NCBI RefSeq assembly: GCF_006345805.1
Contig: NC_043003.1
Span: forward strand, 105,710,001-105,774,000
Reading direction: 5' to 3'
Length of the DNA: 64,000 nucleotides
Origin: Octopus sinensis
Lineage: Eukaryota
Shown: positions 24,501-36,720 of the stretch, piece by piece
Layout of the letters: every line of letters begins with the position of its first letter
Position numbering within the stretch: the first letter of the stretch is position 1
The notes under the pieces: generated by a model
Databases searched by the model: none
Seen by the model: the letters and a program-made list of their open reading frames with translations, nothing else
Told to the model about the DNA's origin: nothing
Program-made: the position numbers and the translations under genes

Positions 24501-24866
24501 CTATTGGGTATAGTTTTTACTTATATAAAGAGTACCACCACCATCACCACCACCATCGTCATCACTCTCTGGACATTACAGTCTTGTGTCCTAAGACTCA
24601 TAGTTACCTGGTTTCCATGGCTTATAAGTGACCAAGATCACAGAATTCCCCTTGAATGTCCATCTCAGAATTACTTATTTACAGCTGAGTGGACTGGACC
24701 AATGTGAAATGAAGAACACAAAGTTCTGTCTGGTCCAGAAATAAAAGCCATGATTTAGCATTTGTTAGGGAAACATCTCAACCACGAAGTCTGTATTCTA
24801 AAATATCAAGAGAAAAACTGCTTTTAGTCCCAGTTATTAAACAAACTATCAGCTTTCTCATAGGAA

Positions 24867-25260
24867 ATCTCTCTATATATAAAGCTGAAGTTGTCTGTGT
24901 ATGGCAGGTTTGGTAGCCTTCAACTAACACTATCTCCTCCGAGACCCTGCAGCGTAAATTGACCAAAATTGAGAGTATGATAGAAGAAGGCTTGCTCTTC
25001 CTTCCATAGAAGAAAAAATTCAAATCGAACCATGTTAACACCAAAAATTATTTACATCAAAAAGGTGCTTTTTTCTATGAAAATCCCTATTTTTTACGAT
25101 TTTTTGACTGCTGTGTCGCCATTTTTCAGTGTATTCCAATCAGAAAAATGTTCTCTTAAAGAGAATAATAAGCTACATAATGCAAAATTTTTACTTTTCA
25201 AAAATTCCAATTCTAAAGAGTCAAAACAAACCCGAGCAACGCAGGGCAATACTGCTAGTA
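24867..25260 (-). mobile_element. Non-autonomous Helitron-like element
   Basis: 5' end ACTAGCAGTATTGCCC(T)GCGTTGCTCGGG, 3' end ACAGACAACTTCAGCTTTATATATAGAGAGAT, no TIR or TSD; near-identical copy at 30934-31328. Class assignment is inference from resemblance to Lep1-type Helitrons. Confidence 0.6.
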
Positions 25261-25275
25261 TAGGATAAAGTTTAC

Positions 25276-25423
25276 CTTTCAGCACAAAATTTCGATGAAT
25301 GGCATACATTTCTTTATAATATTTGGTTTCAGTGTAATTTTGTTGTCCAAATGCTACTCTCTGGAATGGCGGTAAAAAAACAGGTTGCTTAACTGCTTTT
25401 GACAAACTTAAGTGCCGTGCCAT
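25276..25423 (-). CDS. CFAP97/KIAA1430-domain (CFAP97D2-like) gene, coding exon 1
   Basis: ATG at 25423, MARHLSLSKAVKQPVFLPPFQRVAFGQQNYTETKYYKEMYAIHRNFVLK, donor aaag|GTaaac, phase 1. Y..HR..V resembles the family N-terminus. Confidence 0.7.
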
Positions 25424-25691
25424 TATCGAAAACACTACTTTGTTTTAGTCTCATCAAAATAATAGCTTGAAGTAATAAGACCTGATAATACTAAGTCTTA
25501 TTTCTGAGACTTGTTTTCATCTACACAAAAAGTTATGACAAATAATTTTCTGATGGCAAAAGACATGATGTCATAAACACAGATGACATCATAACAATGT
25601 CATAATGATGGCCCAAGAAAGAATTTCACTTGAATCTCACAGCAAAAGTATAACAAGGAAAATAAAGTCATTATTCAGATAAAATTTATAA

Positions 25692-26102
25692 CTCTTTACT
25701 CTCTTTTACTGGTTTCAGTCATTTGACTGCGGCCATGTTGGAGCACGGCCTTTAGTCGAGCAAATCGATCCCAGGACTTATTCTTTGTAAGCCCAGTACC
25801 TATTCTATCGGTCTCTTTTGCCGAACAGCTAAGTGACGGGGATGTAAACACACCAGCATCGGTTGTCAAGCAATGCTAGGGGGACAAACACAGACACACA
25901 AACGCACACACACATAAATACACATATATATACAGATATACGACAGGCTTCTTTCAGTTTCCATCTACCAAATCCACTCACAAGGCATTGGTCAGCCCGG
26001 GGCTATAGCAGAAGACACTTGCCCAAGATGCCACGCAGTGGGACTGAACCCAGAACCATATGGCTGGTTAGCAAGCTACTTACCACACAGCCACTCCTGC
26101 GC
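25692..26102 (-). mobile_element. SINE family A
   Basis: Full copy. Confidence 0.85.
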
Positions 26103-26854
26103 TTAAAAGGTATTTTTTTTTTTACTTGTCTCTGAGATCCCAACATTACCCGTTAATGGGACGCCGGTCTGTTGTAGAGTTCAAGGACAAGAATTTTAGA
26201 GGGGAGGGGGCAAGCCAATTACATCTGGTACAGTGATACCTCACAGTATGAGTTTAATTCTTTCCATGACTGAGCTCATCTTACGATTTACTCATTTTGC
26301 AAATCAATTTTTTCCATTGAAATTAACTAAAATATAATTAATCCATTCCAGCCCCTAAAAACCACTCAAAAATAATTTTTTATAGGTTTTAAAACAGAAA
26401 AGGTGTAGTTACAAGTAAAATGACAATTATAATAAAGTAAATGGCGGTGCCCCAGCATGGCCACAGCTCGTGAGCTGAAACTAGATAGAATTTTAAAAAA
26501 TTTTTTAAATAATAAGAGAATGCAAAAGAAATATGTAAACTGGTTTTATTATTTGAATTGCCTCAAACATGGGACAATATGTGTTTGTATTGCAAATTTC
26601 CGCTTGCACTTCCAGACAAAAATTCGCACATACAATGGGACACACGTACTGCGAGGGTCTACTGTACTTTATATTATCAACCAGAAAGGGGTGAAAACCT
26701 AAGTTGACTTTGGTGAGATTCGAAATTCAGATCATAAAGAACCATAAGAAATACTGTTAAGCATTTTGCCCTTTTTTTCTTTTCGTTTTGCTTTTGTGTC
26801 TTTTTAAAGAGGATGAAATGAAGTTTAAGATCATTTTCAAATATTCGTGACCAT

Positions 26855-27250
26855 AGGCGCAGGAGTGGCTGTGTGGTAAGTAGCTTGCTTACTAACCACA
26901 TGATTCCAGGTTCAGTCCCACTGCGTGACACCTTGGGCAAGTGTATTCTGCTATAGCCTCGGACCGACCAAAGCTTTATGAGTGGATTTGGTAGACAGAA
27001 ACTGAAAGAAGCCCGTCGTATACATATATATATATATGTGTGTGTTTGTGTGTCTGTGTTTGTCCCCCCAACATTGCTTGACAACCGATGCTGGTGTGTC
27101 TACGTCCCCGTAACTTAGCGGTTCGGCAACAGAGACTGATAGAATAAGTACTAGGCTTACAAAGAATAAGTCCTGGGGTCGATTTGCTCGACTAAAAGCG
27201 GTGCTCCAGTATGGCCATAGTCAAATGACTGAAACAAGTAAAAGAGTTAA
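26855..27250 (+). mobile_element. SINE family A
   Basis: Full copy. Confidence 0.85.
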
Positions 27251-27357
27251 AGAGTATAGGTAAAGAAAACCGAAATGCAGATTGCAAGTTCATAATTAAA
27301 CACCTCACATACAATGACCCGTATGTCACCTTCCTTTGAGATATAATGTTATATATA

Positions 27358-27704
27358 ACTAGCAGTATCGCCCGGCGTTGCTCAGGTTTGTAAGGGAAAT
27401 AACTATAAAGCATTTTTAGAGAGTTATAGCAAAAAAATGATGGTAAATTTTTTTTGAGAGTTAAAAAAGGTGGAGTTGCGTCCCCTAGACAGTTTGTGTT
27501 TCTGATTCTCGACCCCATGTCGAATTTATCGATTTTTTTTCAGAACTGGGGGAACTTTTCAAAATTTTCGCTGCGTTAGTTTTGAATTATGACATTGGGC
27601 TATGTGTGTGTCAAGTTTCATCAGAATCGGTTGAAAGCCGTGGTCAGGGTGAGGGTACAAGCAAACAGACACACAGACAAACTGCCGTTTATATAGAGAG
27701 AGAT
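27358..27704 (+). mobile_element. Helitron-like element, related family with a different body
   Basis: Same termini (ACTAGCAGTATCGCCCGGCGTTGCTCAGG ... ACAGACAAACTGCCGTTTATATAGAGAGAGAT), unrelated interior. Confidence 0.55.
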
Positions 27705-28532
27705 TACCATTGTGACATAATTTACACATATTTAATCAATAATCAATTATCAGTATTAATACAACAAAATTAAAATTCTCCCAACCTTTTAGAGTTACGT
27801 ACCTTCCTACACTATCATTATTTTCTATAAATATTGTCTATTTTGGGCAAATTCTTAAGTTACTAAGAAGTGAGTTAGCTTCCAATCTTGAGCTGGATTA
27901 TAAGAAACCATACCATTATTTTTTTTTTTTCCTCTGGTTAAACCAAATCAAAAGTTGCTTTCGCTAAATGTTTTAATATCTTCAGAGTTATGCCCCTTAT
28001 AATGTGTTTTTTATAATGCTCAGCAGTTTTACAAAATTAGATTAGAAAATTGGACAAAACAGAGCACAATTGAAAAAATTAAAAAGAAAGAGAGAAAAGA
28101 GTATTATTAAAATATATACTATTCTTAAAATTGTTTTTTTTTCTGAGATTTTTCCATGACGTTAAGTTTCCTAACTTGATTTAATTATAAAAATTAATAG
28201 TAGTCCCCACCCACTTTTTGAAAAAATTTTTAAACTCTGCCTCTTTTTGCTGGGAAAGGCGAAATTGTAACCTCAGGGCCTATTTGTACAGTGAGGTTCA
28301 GTCTGTATTAACCTACCTGCCCGTATACCTGCCTATTTGTGTGTGTGTTATGAGACGCTCGTTTGTAGACTCAGATGTGGATGTACAATTGAGAAACTCG
28401 CTTCCCAACCATCATCTCCCTTCTAAGACATTCAACCTTTTTCAGCACCAAAATGTTTCCGACTGTCGTTCAGTGTGTGTGTGCATTCAACATTTCTGGT
28501 GAAATCTCGAGAGTATTTTTGTCGTATCATCA

Positions 28533-28908
28533 AGGAGTGGCTGTGTGGTAAGTAGCTTGCTAACCAACCACATGGTTCCAGGTTCAGTCCCAGTGCGTGG
28601 CATCTTGGGCAAATGTCTTCTGCTATAGCCCCGGGCCGACCAATGCCTTGTGAGTGGATTTGGTAGACGGAAACTGAAAGAAGCCTGTCGTATATATGTG
28701 TGTGTTTGTGTGTCTGTGTTTGTCCCCTAGCATTGCTTGACAACCGATGCTGGTGTGTTTACGTCCCCATCACTTAGCGGTTTGGCAAAAGAGACCGATG
28801 AATAAGTACTGGGCTTACAAAGAATAAGTCCCAGGGTCGATTTGCTTGACTAAAGATGGTGCTCCAGCATGGCTGCAGTCAAATGACTGAAACAAGTAAA
28901 AGAGAGTA
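28533..28908 (+). mobile_element. SINE family A
   Basis: Near-full copy. Confidence 0.85.
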
Positions 28909-30159
28909 ATGATTGAACCATCATAGATACAAAGCTTAGTGGACAGTTCAGATCCCTGACTCACCTGACTTGTTTCTCCAGAACCCCTAACACAAGTGAA
29001 GCCTTCTTTAGTTAATTTCCCAATCTGGGGACCTTACCTACAAGTAAAGCTGCTAAGATACACAAAATGCATTACATCAAGCCTGTTCCCTTGAGCAAGT
29101 ATATTTGATTCCAATTAGGTTTCTCTTAGAGCAGGTGAAATCTCACCTTAGCTTTCTAATTCTCTAGAAAAAGTTATTTTCTGAATATGTTATTCCGAGT
29201 GAGCCACGAGATCACATCCACCAGACATACAACAAATTGTAAATAACATTTATACAAGTCTTTGACTTAGCTTTGGAACGATTCAGTTTAACTATTATGA
29301 TTGAGGATAAAGATGTTGAGTCTGCAGTCTTTGAAATAATGAAAAAATATAACTACTGCCATGTTGATGGAAACCAAAGTTGTTGCAGGTATATCCTCCT
29401 GCTTAAAACCATCCTCCATTGAAATCAATCCCAGCATCATTCGAAGTGAAATTGGCCTTCATATCAGTGTGTAATTAGTTGAACAAACAAATCGACAAAT
29501 TATTACAAACCTCAACTTGCCTAACATTCTTTATTTGGTGTCTAAAGTCCAAAGATGTACTCTGCTGGTGAAGTTGTCTTACATAAATTTTCGTTATTAT
29601 GTGTAGACATATAATGGTTTCAAATTTTGGCACAACGCCAGCAATTTCAGAGGAGGGAGAAAATCGATTACATCAACCTCAATACTCGATTGTTACTTAT
29701 TTTATCGACCTTGAAAGGATGAAAGGCAAAATCGACCTTGGCAAAATACGGACTCAGAACATAAAGACGGCTATGATAACACTAAGCATTTTGCCCAGCG
29801 TGCTAATAATTCTGCCAAAAATTCATGTAAAACAACCTCACTATTAGACTATATATGGGGTATAAGGTCTAATGGTTTTAAGCACCTAATACTGTATATA
29901 AACTGCTTCTCTAACTAATTTAACACATTTGGTTGCTACTTCTATGATGGCAACATCTGTCAATAATCTATTAATGTTACATATAAAGGTCTCCGAGGAT
30001 TTGACAATGCCTTCTGATTAATTTACATTATATAACTACTAATCATTCTCTGTTAATGAAATGTATGTAAGCTGACGTAACTAAATATCTTATAAGCAAT
30101 CTCTCGTGTTGCGTTTTGTTTTCTACATGTATGCAGTGACGTGGACATATTTACAAAGT

Positions 30160-30470
30160 CAGAAAACAGCACAGCTCCCATGACTTTAGGAAACATTTTT
30201 TCACGCTGAGAGTTGCTGAAGCATGGAACAAACTGCCGGCATCAGTTGTTAGTGGTCGGAGCACTGCATCCTTCAAGACTTCCATGCTTTCTGAGATTCG
30301 CCAACACTACACCTGATTTTCTCCCCTCCATACACACACAAGCTTGTATCTGACTCATACACTGTTCACTTCCCAGATATTTGTACATTACTGCATATGC
30401 TTTATATGCACTTTTGACAAGTTGTGGTGCACCTGAGCACTGTATACAATAATTTCATTATTATTATTAT
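30160..30470 (+). mobile_element. CR1/L2-type LINE 3' end
   Basis: HDFRKHFFTLRVAEAWNKLPASVV...SFK motif, then 3' UTR and (ATT)n tail. Confidence 0.75.
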
Positions 30471-30481
30471 ATCAATCCTTT

Positions 30482-30905
30482 TCGCAGTCATCTCCTACTG
30501 TTGTTAAAGTAATATTTACACTTTTCCAGTATCCTCCGCTTGATGTCATAATGTGCAGCATTTCTCTTCAATGTCCGTATATCTCGTTAGAGATGTAACA
30601 TTTTTCCTGCCATAGATGTTAAATTACGAGAACTTGTGGTTGTTGAGTCTTTAAGAAACCTTCTGTCATGCCCACATCTTTTGCACATCCATCGTTTCAT
30701 ATGGATCCTTTGATACCCCTTCCGCCTCGTACACAAGGGTTTCTGTATTGCGATGGCCGTTAAGTGGACATGCGGTGTTACATCTGCACGAGCAGCCTGT
30801 CCCTGTTTCTGGCTTGGGTCTACATACTATTTCTTTCAGCCTTTCTGATGACAGCCAGGGTCATTGTAACTCCGGTAAGAAACCGATTTGTAAAGTGGCT
30901 GGCAT
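30482..30905 (-). mobile_element. Penelope-like element relic, GIY-YIG endonuclease region
   Basis: Reverse strand reads CSCRCNTACPLNGHRNTETLVYEAE, then (frameshifted) GMTEG..RLNNHKFS and TSLTRY..LKRN...YDIKRRILEKCK, matching the Penelope CNC..CPL.G.C....VY / G.TE..FK.R..NH pattern. Confidence 0.75.
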
Positions 30906-30933
30906 GAGAGCATAACATTGTATTTTATTAATA

Positions 30934-31328
30934 TACGAGCAGTATTGCCCGGCGTTGCTCAGGTTTGTTTTGACCCTTTAGAATTGGAATTTTTGAAAAA
31001 TAAAAATTTTGCATTATGTAGCTTGTTATTCTCTTTAAGTGAACGTTTTGCTGTTGAAATACACTGAAAAATAGCGACACAGCAGTCAAAAAATCGTTAA
31101 AAAATAGGGATTTTCATAGAAAAAAGCACCTTTTTGATGTAAATAATTTTTGGTGTTAATATGGTTCGATTTGAATTTTTTCTTCTATGGAAGGAAGAGC
31201 AAGCCTTCTTCTATCATACTCTCAATTTTGGTCAATTTACGCTGCAGGGTCTCGGAGGAGATAGTGTTAGTTGAAGGCTACCAAACCTGCCACACACAGA
31301 CAACTTCAGCTTTATATATAGAGAGATT
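30934..31328 (+). mobile_element. Non-autonomous Helitron-like element (same family as 24867-25260)
   Basis: Near-identical sequence in the opposite orientation. Confidence 0.6.
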
Positions 31329-32229
31329 TTTCAGTCATAAATAAGAACCAACACATAGGATCAGCTAATGGTAACAGCCAATAGGTTTATCAACACTGAA
31401 GAAATGTAATAAAATACTCATTGCTGAATCTCTTTTTAGTTATTTTATACTGTTAGTCTGTTATTTCAGAAAGTCAAATGACATTGTCAAATTTTTTTTA
31501 CATTTTATGAATCAATAATTTTTATCTTTTAAATTAAAACTAAAAGAGGTTACACCTAACAAATACAATCCTGTGTATAGAAGTCTTTTGTAGAATTAGT
31601 GTGAACTATTTTCTCTGAACTGAGAATTAATACCAAAATGCCTCTAGTTCATTGTCTGGAGTGTGTACAATATGAATAAGCATTCTAATTAAACTTGGAT
31701 TAATAAGCTTATTTAAATCTTGATAAAGACCACAGCTGATGGAAATGTAGCAGAAGAAATATTTGTAAGGAATAAAATACAAAATTCAAAATAAGAATAA
31801 CATATGTTTACTGTAGTGATAGATGAAAAATAACGAAAACAATGTGTAAAAAATGTTAATTTTAAAATGCAATGGAAAAGAATAGATTTTCCTGATGATA
31901 CAAAGAGAAACAAAAAACATATCACTTTATCTGATATTCCTAACGTAGTCATACAAGAGAGAAGCTTTATCAGTACGATATCTGTGGTGAATCAATAAGT
32001 TACTTACCTACAGACAAATACAGTCATACAGAAAAGAAACCATATCAACGTTATATATTTGTAGTAAATCATTATCTTAAAATGTCGACTCAACTAAACA
32101 CATGCATTCAAACAAGACAGAAGCCATATCACTGCGAGATGTGGTGAGCTATCCTCTGTAAGTTAAATCGTAATTGTACACAAATGTATTTGTACAGGAG
32201 AGAAATTATTTCACTGTGATATCTGTGGC

Positions 32230-32640
32230 AAATCAATTTCTCCAAAACCTATCATGAGTATGATGTTATCTGCGAATCAGAAGTGTTAGTTTGCTCGCCA
32301 TTGATGTTCACCTATTCAATTAATGACCATTTCTAGTCATGCAGAGAAGAGCTTTGGAGAAATGGTATCTCCGTGTTTGACGTCCTTTTCATTTGGAACT
32401 CTTACGAGTGGTGACAGCAAAGCTAAACTGGTGGTGCATCTGGGGTTTGCATCTCTGAGCAGTTTGCTGTATTGCACCTCGACTCATTGCATTTTTACTG
32501 CATTCATTTTGACGCTATCGGAAGCCTTTTCGTAGTTGATGAAAGCAATGCACAGTGGCAGCTTGCCTTCTTTTTAGCTCATTGTATAAGCTGTTGGAGT
32601 GAATATGTGATCCATTGCACTATTTTTCTTGTAGAGGTGA
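32230..32640 (-). mobile_element. Degraded RTE-type RT fragment
   Basis: KLPLCIAFINYEKASDSV ... KHGDTISPKLFSA ... FADNIIL with stops. Confidence 0.7.
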
Positions 32641-33106
32641 CACAAGAGGCATAGGGGCTGATAGTTTCTTAGATATTCAGTATTATCTTTTTAGTAATGC
32701 AAAATGGTATTCAACTGTTTCGGTCGAAGTGAAGAACAAAGATTTTCCAAGAGCGAGATGGTTGAATAATATCCAGTTTTGGTTTCACTTAGGGACCCAG
32801 CTGGAAACTGCAATGATGGTTGTTTCTGATAGGACTCTATTAAGACAGTGCCTGAGGGCTCTAACCCCACAACCCTCCCAGGAACAATGGATGAATGGAG
32901 AAAGTTATGAAAAAACAAAGTTAATGTGGGGTAGGAGAACACCAAACTACAATAAACTTTTCTGTGTTTAGAGACCTTGTTCTTTGTTGATGGAGTTTAA
33001 CCATTTACCACAAAATTGATGTACTTTATTTCACTAATAATGTCTAGTCGCACAGTGATAGAGAATTTTAGGAAGAAACAGAGTTAGTTGTGTGACCTTT
33101 TTCATT

Positions 33107-33789
33107 CACTAGCGTAGCTAGTGGGAAGTGGTAGGGGCAGTACTTTTGGGTCTGCTATAAGTAATATGTGTTTTTGTGGGACCCGGGGTGGCAAACGGAA
33201 GGACTGCCCCGAGTAGCGAAAAAATTTCCCACGAGAGTTCCGGACCCCAGTAATGAACTCATTTGCATACAGCCAATCAGAGCTCACCTCGACTTTGTTG
33301 TCAATTAAACAAACACCCTCTACCAAGTAAACTCAAGATGAAGAACGCTGTTTTAAGTCGACCGATCACCAAGTTAAGCCTGATTTTAGAAGGGGACAAG
33401 TAATTAGATTTGCATCCATACCTGTTATCGGATTTTGTTAGGGCCCCATATGGTAAAGATGTGGATGGGGAAATTGTGAGTAGAGGGTGATGTGCTAGCA
33501 ATCCCCTCCCTTTTCTGCTTTACAAAGTAAACAACAACATAACTACGCAGAGGCAGCCATGGTTGGAAAAAGAACCGGAACAACAAGCATTCTTAAAAGA
33601 GAAAAGAAACATGGTCATTCCTTACCCAAGTGACCTTATCTTATCGCCCATCACTTGTTATACGCTCATAAATTAGTTTGATAGTTGAGCTCTGATTGGC
33701 TGTATGTAAATGAGTTCATAACTGGGGTCCGGAACTCTCGTGGAGAAAAAGTCGCTCCCGGGGGGCCTCACACTCTAGCTATGCTAGTG
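33107..33789. mobile_element. Non-autonomous DNA transposon with CACTAG termini and 8-bp TSD
   Basis: TIR CACTAGCGTAGCTAG / CTAGCTATGCTAGTG; perfect TSD TTTTCATT (33099-106, 33790-97); about 70-bp subterminal inverted repeats. Confidence 0.85.
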
Positions 33790-34383
33790 TTTTCATTGAA
33801 TCTTTGTCCCTCCAGCTAATTTCTAAATTTTTCTGTGGCCTCAAGTTGGAAAACACTGCCTTAAATTAGATCCTAACGCAGTAGTTCTCAATCTTTTGGA
33901 CATCGAGTCACACTGGAGAACAAGTAAAAAAATTACCAGCACTTCTTTGCATGAAAAGTTTAGAAACAACCAGGTTGTGAGGTTAAAAATATACCGAAAA
34001 ATGTGTCTGTTTCATTAATCACACTTGTGAGAACAGAATTTTGAATAACACGTTTTGCAGGTATGATTAAAATGCATATTCTAGCGTCCCTAGAAACTCG
34101 TTGCGGCGCACACTTTGAGAACCAAAACCAAAAATATTGGATAATGTAATATTAGACATTTCAGATGCTTGAACGTTTCATGATAGGTTTGTTCAATAAG
34201 GACTGACCTAGAACTAAACAGCAGTCGTACGACCTGCTAGAAATGGTAGCTAATCTCGTAGATCACACAGCTTAACAGTTTTAAATAAGAAAATAATGCA
34301 GTAGGCATTGTACTCCAACATACCCTTAAAAAACGGGATGATCAAAACAACAAAGTCTGTTCATAGTTGACCTAGGGCTAAAT

Positions 34384-34702
34384 ATATTTCTTTACTGCCC
34401 ACAAGGGGCTAAACATAGAGGGGACAAACAAGGACAGACAAAGGGATTAAGTTGATTACATCAACCCCAGTGCGTAACTGGTACTTAATTTATCGACCCC
34501 GAAAGGATGAAAGGCAAAGTCGACCTCGGCGGAATTTGAACTCAGAACGTAACGACAGACGAAATACCTATTTCTTTCTTTATTACCTACAAGGGGCTAA
34601 ACACAGAGGGGACAAACAAGGACAGACATATGTATTAAGTCGATTACATCAACCCCAGTGCGTAACTGGTACTTAATTTATCGACCCCGAAAGGATGAAA
34701 GG
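34384..34702 (-). mobile_element. SINE family C with partial tandem duplication
   Basis: An approximately 130-bp 3' segment occurs twice (about 34385-34515 and 34568-34702). Confidence 0.75.
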
Positions 34703-34860
34703 CTTCTGCCAGCTCGCCGCCTAGGGCTAAATAGCAAGATTTAACTTTTCCTACTTACAAACAAGAAAATCGTTCTCAAAATATGAGTGTGTGCGTGTGT
34801 GTATATATATATATATATATATGGATCTTTTCCTTTTGATCCTATATATATATATATATG

Positions 34861-34910
<50 letters not shown>

Positions 34911-35039
34911 TAATAATAATAACCACAGCAATAAGAAATCAATGTGTATGTATGTGTGTGTGAGAGTGAAAGAGATGTTTATTTTTAAACCGAATTTTAG
35001 AATTCTTGTGCATAAAGAAAGTGGTTATAATTTCAATTG

Positions 35040-36720
35040 AACTCGGGGGAATCACGAGATGGGAAACGGTGACGGTGGATGTCATTTAGCCGAGGGGCGA
35101 GCATTTACACCTCCTCACTAACATAAACAGAAACTACAAGCATAATAGGTACTACTTGAGAACAGTGGTCCCGGTGCGCGCACTCGCGTAGTCGCGCATC
35201 CGTGCTAGCTAGTCGTGACTAGTCGATCCTACAACGACTAATAAAACACAAAATAAATAATTTTTTTACACAAAGTAATTTTTGTTAAACAAAGCAAATA
35301 AAACACAGAAACACAAAGTAAATAATTTATTAAACAAAGTGCTCCAGCATGGCCACAGCTCGTGAGCTGAAACTAGATAAAATAAATAAAATAAAAAACA
35401 CAAAGTAAGGATCGACTAGTCACGACTAGCTAGCGCGGATGCTCGAGTACGCGAGTGCGCGCACCGGGACCGCTGTTCTCAAGTAGCACCGCATAAGAAA
35501 AAAAAAACTCAGCATATAAATAAGAAGCGCAGACGGCGACGATGAAAGACGACGAAGACAAAAGTTGGATGGAAGAAGGGAAAAAAGGATGTTTCCTATT
35601 GAGTTATTGCCCCCTGGTTTGTATTGTGTTGTTGTGCCGGTAGATGGCGAAATAAAGCGGTTGACAGCCTCAGCTGCCGAACGCCGTCGGTTAATGTCTG
35701 ATGAGACGAGGATGATGTGATCATGTGTTGACCGCGTATTTCAGTTTACCCTCACAAAAGGAGCATCATCAGACGACAGCACAACATAGATACACCACAC
35801 ACACACATATAGAGATCTACATCAATGGATTTCGATTGCTGGTGAGTAGAAATTTCTCAAGATATTCGCGTCGAGGTAAACAAACCATTGTTGGTTTCCC
35901 ATCCTCTCAGATTCTGGGCGAAAATATCGAAGGAACATCACTTAATTTCGCTGTTAATGTCGGTATAGGGCAGAGGAGGAGAAGTGTTTGTAATTATGGA
36001 AGTCTCTAAGTGTAGCTGCAGTAATTAGTTCCACATGTGGAATGTATTGTGGAAATTATAAACATTTTATTGATGTAGAGTCTGTAGTTTTATGGTGATG
36101 CGATTTGCCAGATCATAAAAGACTTTAACTTCAATGAAAGGCGTCTACAAGACGTGCTCAAGGTTGTACATCTGTTCCGTGATGACCAACTTGTTATTTC
36201 TCCTGAAACAATGTATTTCACTACATATTTTGGCGATCTTTCGTCTCTAGTAGACCTTTCCGTCGATTACACAACATACTGTCTGTCTCCCACATCCCAT
36301 CAAACACACACACACACACACATGTACATCAATGCTTCCCATGCACGGTAACTTCAAAAGAACTTCCTTCGTCATACAATCGCTTTCTCCTAGTCTCTTT
36401 CGCTCTCATTACTTCAAAAGTTCCCGCAAGCCCATATGTAAAAAAAAAAAAAAAATTTTTACGGAAATCGACGGAAAGGTCTACTCGAGACGAAAGATTG
36501 CCCGTTTTTTTTTTTGTTTGTTTTTGTGGTGGGGAGGATGAATATTGTTGTTGCCCAGCTTTGGTTAAAATCCGAATTCGAATAAACATCGAACCATTCT
36601 TTTGTGTTTGGTAGTAAATATGTATAATTAAATGACAACAACCGACTTCGGCTCTCCTTCCGCGACAATCATTTATTAATTTAGTTTGCTGCAACATATT
36701 AAGGCTTGAATTACTCATTT
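35040..36720. promoter_or_regulatory. CpG-enriched region, candidate (bidirectional) promoter
   Basis: Visibly higher CpG density than the flanks; lies between the 5' ends of the - strand CFAP97D2-like gene and the + strand zinc-finger gene; strong donor ctg|GTGAGT at 35842. Confidence 0.45.
35148..35490. mobile_element. Merlin-like MITE with 83-bp TIRs
   Basis: Arms 35148-35230 and 35408-35490 with 5 mismatches, starting GGTAC / GGTGC; flanks GCATAATA / GCATAAGA (8 bp, 1 mismatch). GG termini plus 8-bp TSD fit the Merlin superfamily. Confidence 0.7.

Noticed and set aside
35697-35760. CTGATGAG as another hammerhead core
   Set aside because: No stem II followed by GAAA and no stem I partner found.
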